Shown here piece after piece: positions 59,204-64,000 of a stretch of DNA of 64,000 bases. The position numbers were made by a program, and so were the translations under genes. This stretch comes from Candidatus Bathyarchaeia archaeon (GTDB lineage Archaea; Thermoproteota; Bathyarchaeia; Bathyarchaeales; Bathycorpusculaceae). The notes below the pieces were generated by a model. It ran no database searches. It was not told the DNA's origin and worked only from the letters and a program-made list of their open reading frames with translations. Location of the stretch: assembly GCA_050012755.1 (NCBI GenBank), contig JBEKGO010000022.1:14885-78884 (forward strand), read 5' to 3'. Positions within the stretch are counted from its first letter, which is position 1. Each line of letters begins with the position of its first letter.

Positions 59204-59542
59204 TTATTTCTTTCCAAATGTTTCAGGATCAATCTGCTTACGCTTACCATCCTTATCCACCACGTAAAAGTGAAAGTCATACTCATCGCAGTAATTCTTA
59301 AACTCAACGTACCGTGCCTTGTTGCCCTCAAACATTTCAGGGGTTGCCACTTCACAAATACGTGTCAAACAGCCTTTCTTTTCTGCTTTAACATCTGGAA
59401 GGTATCCCTTGCCTATTTCGGTTGGCTTCTCGTAACCTTCCAAATCCGCTTTAACTGTCCAATTATCACGTTTCAATTCATCGGCAACAGCCCTAACACA
59501 TTCATCATGACTATTTTCGGTTTTACTCTTTTTCTCAATCAA
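59204..59542 (-). CDS. Small PD-(D/E)xK-like fold protein
   Basis: HDECVRAVADEL...YLPDVKAEK...ICEVAT pattern; probable TTG start overlapping the upstream stop (ORF track starts at 59596). Confidence 0.55.
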   Translation of the reverse strand: MIEKKSKTENSHDECVRAVADELKRDNWTVKADLEGYEKPTEIGKGYLPDVKAEKKGCLTRICEVATPEMFEGNKARYVEFKNYCDEYDFHFYVVDKDGKRKQIDPETFGKK

Positions 59543-60359
59543 GACCAAACACCTCAAAGTGGCAAGCCTTTTTGAATTTGACTTTGCCTGACACAATTAA
59601 CGCTAAGACGGTTGTAATAGCAATGAAAGATAGAATTATGGAAGATGCGGGGAATTCGGATATAACCCAGAGAGAAGATGATGTTATTTTCATCATCTGT
59701 GTACTGTTAGTTTGAAGATTTCCACTGGTCTGAATAGCTTCTTGTCGCCACTGTACCATCATGCCAGTGGCTTGGTCAAAATAGTAATCAGAATTAACCG
59801 TGGCCCCGTTTTGATTTGTGCTTGTAGCAAGATGATTGGCCAACCGGGACACGCCGGCATAATTCATCATAAGGGTGCCGTTTACAGTGGGACTCATTAG
59901 AGATGACGGAAACATCCGTCCCATCATGCCAACATTACGTGCCATGAAGTAGAAGTTGCTCGCATCGGTAGGACCTGCATATCCAGAAATTGAAGCCATT
60001 CCAGTTCCAACATTCATGGCGCAGACTCCAAAACTGCTTGAACCGTTAAATCCAAGCAACATTGTGTTAAAACTAACTGATGAACCAGAAACTCCAGTCA
60101 CATTAATCATGAAATAATTTGTCTGGTTTATCCATGAAAATGAAGCTGGAGACACGGCGTGGGGATCATTTGAATTGAAGTAGCAGGTATAGCTGTAGCG
60201 AAAGACATTGCCTTTTGCCACTCCTATTGGTGAAGACATCATTTCTCCAAGAGCACCGCTAAGACTCCCAAAGACCAATATTCCTAAAATTATTAGGACC
60301 AAAATGAAGTTTTTTTGCAATGAAAATAACCAATCAAGAATAGGTTTGAAGAACTTCAT
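59535..60359 (-). CDS. Secreted protein with a PEF-CTERM-like C-terminal signal
   Basis: GVAKGNVFRY and YYFDQATGMMV as in 58404-59084; ends VISEFPASSIILSFIAITTVLALIVSGKVKFKK. Confidence 0.7.
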   Translation of the reverse strand: MKFFKPILDWLFSLQKNFILVLIILGILVFGSLSGALGEMMSSPIGVAKGNVFRYSYTCYFNSNDPHAVSPASFSWINQTNYFMINVTGVSGSSVSFNTMLLGFNGSSSFGVCAMNVGTGMASISGYAGPTDASNFYFMARNVGMMGRMFPSSLMSPTVNGTLMMNYAGVSRLANHLATSTNQNGATVNSDYYFDQATGMMVQWRQEAIQTSGNLQTNSTQMMKITSSSLWVISEFPASSIILSFIAITTVLALIVSGKVKFKKACHFEVFGLD

Positions 60360-60394
60360 AAACCTTATCCAACCAAGCGTTTTTACTCATCCAG

Positions 60395-61342
60395 CTACAA
60401 AGAAGGATTTTCTTCGTCATTCTTATGTGCAAAAAGCAAAGGCAGCCCAAGCAGAGGCAGTGAAAGCATCCACAGGTCCAAGTTGTGCCCGAGGAACCAC
60501 GCATACCAAACTTGGTCGCTGTTCCACAGATGGATACTGCCGAAGAAAATCCAAGTCAGATAGTTCCACAGAAAGAACAGCCCAAACGCGGTGATAGCGA
60601 CGCCTGACCTTTTCAGATGCACCGCAGTTAAGGATGTGGCTTTTCGAGACGTCACCGTAAACCAGGACACGTAAATTGCCAGCGCTAGCAAACCGACCAC
60701 GGTTGAAGCGAAAGCAACTGTGTTTGCCGCATAATTTGTTATCGCTTTTATCCCATAAGCCTGCAATGAATAAACCCAGATACTAGAGTTAGTTAACCAA
60801 AATACAAAAACGAGAAGCGTTCCCGTTATTAGTCCCCATTTAATGCCTTGGTTTAACTTGTTGGAGTTGAGTTTGTAAGCTAACACTAACAGGATGATGG
60901 GCAATACAATTGATTCTACAACATCAGGGATAATATTGCTAGCTAACGAATTCAGGATACCTGTTACTGTTAGATGATGAGCCACTACAAAATTGCGGAT
61001 GTCCACACCTGCAGTTGTGGCAAGCCCAAACCAGTAAATAGCTTCGAAGACAATTATGACCTTCAAAATCCTGTACAGTTTGACAGTTGAAGGCAGCCCT
61101 TTTGAGAAATAGTAGATAGCTGCTAAAACGGCGATAATGCCTGCAGCAAATCTGAATGCAACGCCCACTGCTGCAGTGACATCTTCAACATAAATTTCAA
61201 ATGAAAGCGTTTGATTAGTGGTTAGGCGGTTCCACTCGCCAACCCAGGATAAATTGAATAAACTATGTACATTAAATAGGAAGTATGCAATTGCAACGAT
61301 TACCAAACCTATTTTTAATGGAGTGAATTTCTGCATGGCCAT
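60395..61342 (-). CDS. Polytopic membrane protein of unknown function
   Basis: 315 aa with about 8 hydrophobic helices. Confidence 0.75.
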   Translation of the reverse strand: MAMQKFTPLKIGLVIVAIAYFLFNVHSLFNLSWVGEWNRLTTNQTLSFEIYVEDVTAAVGVAFRFAAGIIAVLAAIYYFSKGLPSTVKLYRILKVIIVFEAIYWFGLATTAGVDIRNFVVAHHLTVTGILNSLASNIIPDVVESIVLPIILLVLAYKLNSNKLNQGIKWGLITGTLLVFVFWLTNSSIWVYSLQAYGIKAITNYAANTVAFASTVVGLLALAIYVSWFTVTSRKATSLTAVHLKRSGVAITAFGLFFLWNYLTWIFFGSIHLWNSDQVWYAWFLGHNLDLWMLSLPLLGLPLLFAHKNDEENPSL

Positions 61343-61472
61343 AAAAATCTTCCTGAAATCAATTGATAATAAATTCTCGATATAGGTATAATATATTTGC
61401 GGTTGTAAGGTTGTCGGGCAATTTATCCTTAAATATCAAACTTTTGTTATTAAAAATAATAGTGAGCACTTT

Positions 61473-61706
61473 ATGATAACCGATAAAAGATTGACAAATT
61501 ATTTGTTTATAGTCGAAGGCGTAGGTGCTGTGTTTGTCGGCGTTTTTTTGGCGGCCTATTTAGGTGGATTATTTTATACTCCTCAAACAACAGTTTTGCA
61601 TTCAGATTGGACTTGGACATTTAGGATTCCACTTTTTATTTTTGGTGGAATATTCGCGGAACTTGCGTTGGTAGCGATTGTCTTGGCGGCTTTAAACAAA
61701 AATTAG
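61473..61706 (+). CDS. Small 2-TM membrane protein
   Basis: 77 aa with two hydrophobic segments; divergent from 60395-61342. Confidence 0.65.
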   Translation: MITDKRLTNYLFIVEGVGAVFVGVFLAAYLGGLFYTPQTTVLHSDWTWTFRIPLFIFGGIFAELALVAIVLAALNKN

Positions 61707-61722
61707 AAAACTGAGAGAACAG

Positions 61723-62352
61723 CTATAGTCTACGTTTTTTTCCGTTCTCAAACAAAAATACTTCTCCAATGAATGAGCAAGCACAATCCTCGTAAACAAT
61801 CGCTGAGCCCATCGGCACGGCAAAAACTTTTTCGTGCTTTGACAAGTGTTCTAGAACAACATCTTTTTCAGGTTTATAATGGACTTTAAGGGTAAGATCC
61901 GCCAAGCCTAAGCCAAAGATAATTTTTGTTTCAAAACTCGTCCGGCAAGTAATTATGCATCTTCGGCAAAGTGCCAACGCTCCTGCACTTCTTCCAACGA
62001 TGACTCCATGATAATCATGCATTGGGCGATGTACACCGACGTTTTTTAGTCGTTCAATTAGAATAGATGTTTGTCCCCCCGTCAAATAGATTAAATTTGA
62101 ATCAACCATTTTGCTAGCAATCATTTTATTTGAATCAGAGTAGTCCGCGACGGAAATTGTGTTGGCGCCTAGATTTCTAAAGTAATCAACCAGATTTTTC
62201 CTTTTTTTATAAGAATTATCGAATGATGCTCGTGCCCAAGAGAAAACAAGAATATCTAACGGGTCTCCTGCATCTTGGAAGGCACGCTCATTCACTTCTC
62301 TTGCGCTTCTTTTAAAGACGTTTTCTCCGCCTAAAAGATACAGCTTAGGCAT
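61723..62352 (-). CDS. Peptidase S51 (dipeptidase E) / class I glutamine amidotransferase-like protein
   Basis: YLLGG, IYLTGGQT, GRSAGA nucleophile, GLGL...VHY. Likely start MPKL (ORF track starts at 62376). Confidence 0.85.
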   Translation of the reverse strand: MPKLYLLGGENVFKRSAREVNERAFQDAGDPLDILVFSWARASFDNSYKKRKNLVDYFRNLGANTISVADYSDSNKMIASKMVDSNLIYLTGGQTSILIERLKNVGVHRPMHDYHGVIVGRSAGALALCRRCIITCRTSFETKIIFGLGLADLTLKVHYKPEKDVVLEHLSKHEKVFAVPMGSAIVYEDCACSFIGEVFLFENGKKRRL

Positions 62353-62568
62353 ACTAGCAAAACAAATTGAAAACAAAGCTTAAAAGCATACCATTTGCCG
62401 CAGAAAAAGATGAAAAGATGGAGGCTTATCCGAAAATAACAAAAGCAGCACTTAGTTTATCTAAAAGATACAATTTTAATCATATGTTTAATTATTTGAT
62501 AAACTGCAAAAAAAGAAGCGAACTAACTGAATTCGACCTTTTCCTTTAAGCCTTTTTGTCTTATTTTT

Positions 62569-62844
62569 CTAAAGTTTATTCATTTCTTTTCTATATTTCT
62601 CCGTTTCATTTATTTTACTAAGACCCGCAATGAGTAACGCAACAAACAAAAGAAACGTTGCACCGACTCCAACGTTCTTTAACAACTCGAAGTTAGAAGC
62701 AACAGAAGTTAGCATCAATTGAATTGACGCTATTAAAAGACCACCACTTACAGCAAAATAAGCCAAACCAAACGCAAGGGATGTCTGAACGTCAGTTTGA
62801 AGTTTAGCAAGTTTAATCTGCAGTTCTTTTTCTTCTTCATCCAT
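62569..62844 (-). CDS. Small 2-TM hypothetical protein
   Basis: Charged N-terminus, two TMs; own TATA-containing leader. Confidence 0.7.
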   Translation of the reverse strand: MDEEEKELQIKLAKLQTDVQTSLAFGLAYFAVSGGLLIASIQLMLTSVASNFELLKNVGVGATFLLFVALLIAGLSKINETEKYRKEMNKL

Positions 62845-62904
62845 GTTTAGCCTATTTCTACGCTATTCAAATTTAAGATTTATTCTTGCTTGCTTTTGGA
62901 TGTT

Positions 62905-63255
62905 TCAAAAGTTCGCTGTGAAGTTGCCAGCATCTATTGGCACATATAGAGAATAATTGCCGAAATTAACACCCTTGTTACTCTCGATTGTGACTTTATA
63001 CGTTTCTCCGCCTGTGAGAACCACGCTATAGCGACCATTGTCAATGGGCAAAGTTTGATAAGAGTTCCTGTTGGCAGAAGAAAAAGTTATTATGCCACTT
63101 TGCGTTTCGCTAACCAAACCTGACACTTGGACTTGATTGTTGCTGGTTCTGTTTCCATTAAGTAATTGCGGTATGAAAAAAACACCAACTAAAGTAATGA
63201 GTACTAAACCAACGATTAATCCAATTGTAACCCATGTCACTATTTTATCATTCAC
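62905..63255 (-). CDS. Membrane-anchored protein with carboxypeptidase-regulatory-like beta domain
   Basis: N-terminal TM, VSGLV...NGRYSVVLTGGETYKV. Confidence 0.65.
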   Translation of the reverse strand: MNDKIVTWVTIGLIVGLVLITLVGVFFIPQLLNGNRTSNNQVQVSGLVSETQSGIITFSSANRNSYQTLPIDNGRYSVVLTGGETYKVTIESNKGVNFGNYSLYVPIDAGNFTANF

Positions 63256-63377
63256 TTAATTTTCCCTATTCTATTTTTCCATGCCGCACAGATTTAAGAC
63301 TTATCATGTATTAGTTTTCCAAAAAATGCGCCCATATTTTTGATAATTAGGTACTTGTTACCCTCGTTAGAAGACTG

Positions 63378-63851
63378 TTAGAGCAGACGTTTGCAGTAAT
63401 TCTTCATATCCATCATTTGAACATTCAAGCAAATCATACTTGTAAGCGCGTTATCCCCTGTCTCAAATTTAAGTGTTAACTTGGGAAACAATTTGTCAAA
63501 GTCTTCATCCTTTATATCGATATTTCTCTGTAAGTCATAACGGATTGATTCAAATGTTTTTACAAGAGTGCTCATTCCAGTTATGTCGTTTAAACCTTCA
63601 TACACCTTTACTTGAAATAAATTAGGAGACGTTTTTTTTAGTTCCGTTAGACTCTGATAGACTCCGTATATCAAACCACAATGGGTATCAATGCGGTCAA
63701 TTATTGATATAATGGCGGGCTTTTTCCGCGCTTTTTCGGCTTGCTCAATTTCCATGTGCGCTTGTTTCATTCTAACAACGGACATACTGCGCTCAATTTC
63801 GGCTTCCAGTTTTTCTTTTTCTTCAAGACGCTTATCTTTGTTTTTTTCCAT
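63378..63851 (-). CDS. Hypothetical protein
   Basis: 157-aa ORF with coiled-coil N-terminus and its own TATA-containing leader. Confidence 0.65.
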   Translation of the reverse strand: MEKNKDKRLEEKEKLEAEIERSMSVVRMKQAHMEIEQAEKARKKPAIISIIDRIDTHCGLIYGVYQSLTELKKTSPNLFQVKVYEGLNDITGMSTLVKTFESIRYDLQRNIDIKDEDFDKLFPKLTLKFETGDNALTSMICLNVQMMDMKNYCKRLL

Positions 63852-64000
63852 ATTTAGGCTATTTCTACGTTATGCCGATTTAAGACTTGTTCTGAATCTC
63901 TTTTTTCTCTTCCGATATGAAAGCTATAAGGGTGTCTTTAGTCTTTTTTTCCAAATCGTTAGCGAAAATAGCAGCCAATACTTCCAGCAATCCCAGATTT

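Larger units (their letters stand above)
62845..63892 (-). repeat. Shared 41-bp promoter/leader upstream of unrelated small ORFs
   Basis: 62845-62885 and 63852-63892 match at 33/41, each immediately before an ATG; partial third copy around 63265-63302. Confidence 0.75.

Noticed and set aside
59102-59575. 157-aa plus-strand ORF and the many other antisense ORFs in the track
   Set aside because: They are shadows of better-supported opposite-strand genes and have no recognisable motifs.

Overview
Archaeal chromosomal window, most likely Bathyarchaeia or a related TACK lineage. This is inferred from TFB, aIF1, a single-OB SSB, the DUF35/HMG-CoA synthase/thiolase cluster, a thaumarchaeosortase-like gene, BRE/TATA promoters and frequent TTG starts. 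Housekeeping content includes uvrBAC, pncB, dinB with an SPL-like radical SAM gene, metG, tfb, tRNA-Gln(TTG) and many glycosyltransferases. Main observations: (1) At 8985-13117 two related IS6-family cargo-carrying transposons sit head-to-tail at one 8-bp target (CTAACTTY, three copies) directly abutting the BRE/TATA of ssb. The intact one has 20-bp TIRs, a SWIM/Zn-ribbon/DDE transposase, an unannotated AbrB-like regulator with four palindromic operators, an AN1 zinc-finger gene and a Thr1 proteasome-like hydrolase gene. (2) A DUF35-HMG-CoA synthase fusion is coupled to a thiolase homolog that has lost its catalytic motifs. (3) A CysRS/MshC-like paralog has altered zinc ligands and no anticodon-binding domain. 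(4) A duplicated 43-bp leader is followed each time by a 10-bp-phased repeat array downstream of uvrC. (5) A tRNA-adjacent exosortase, IPE-CTERM target and GT-C glycosylation island is partly decaying by internal deletions. No CRISPR array or rRNA was seen. All family calls are from motif recognition, not database searches.
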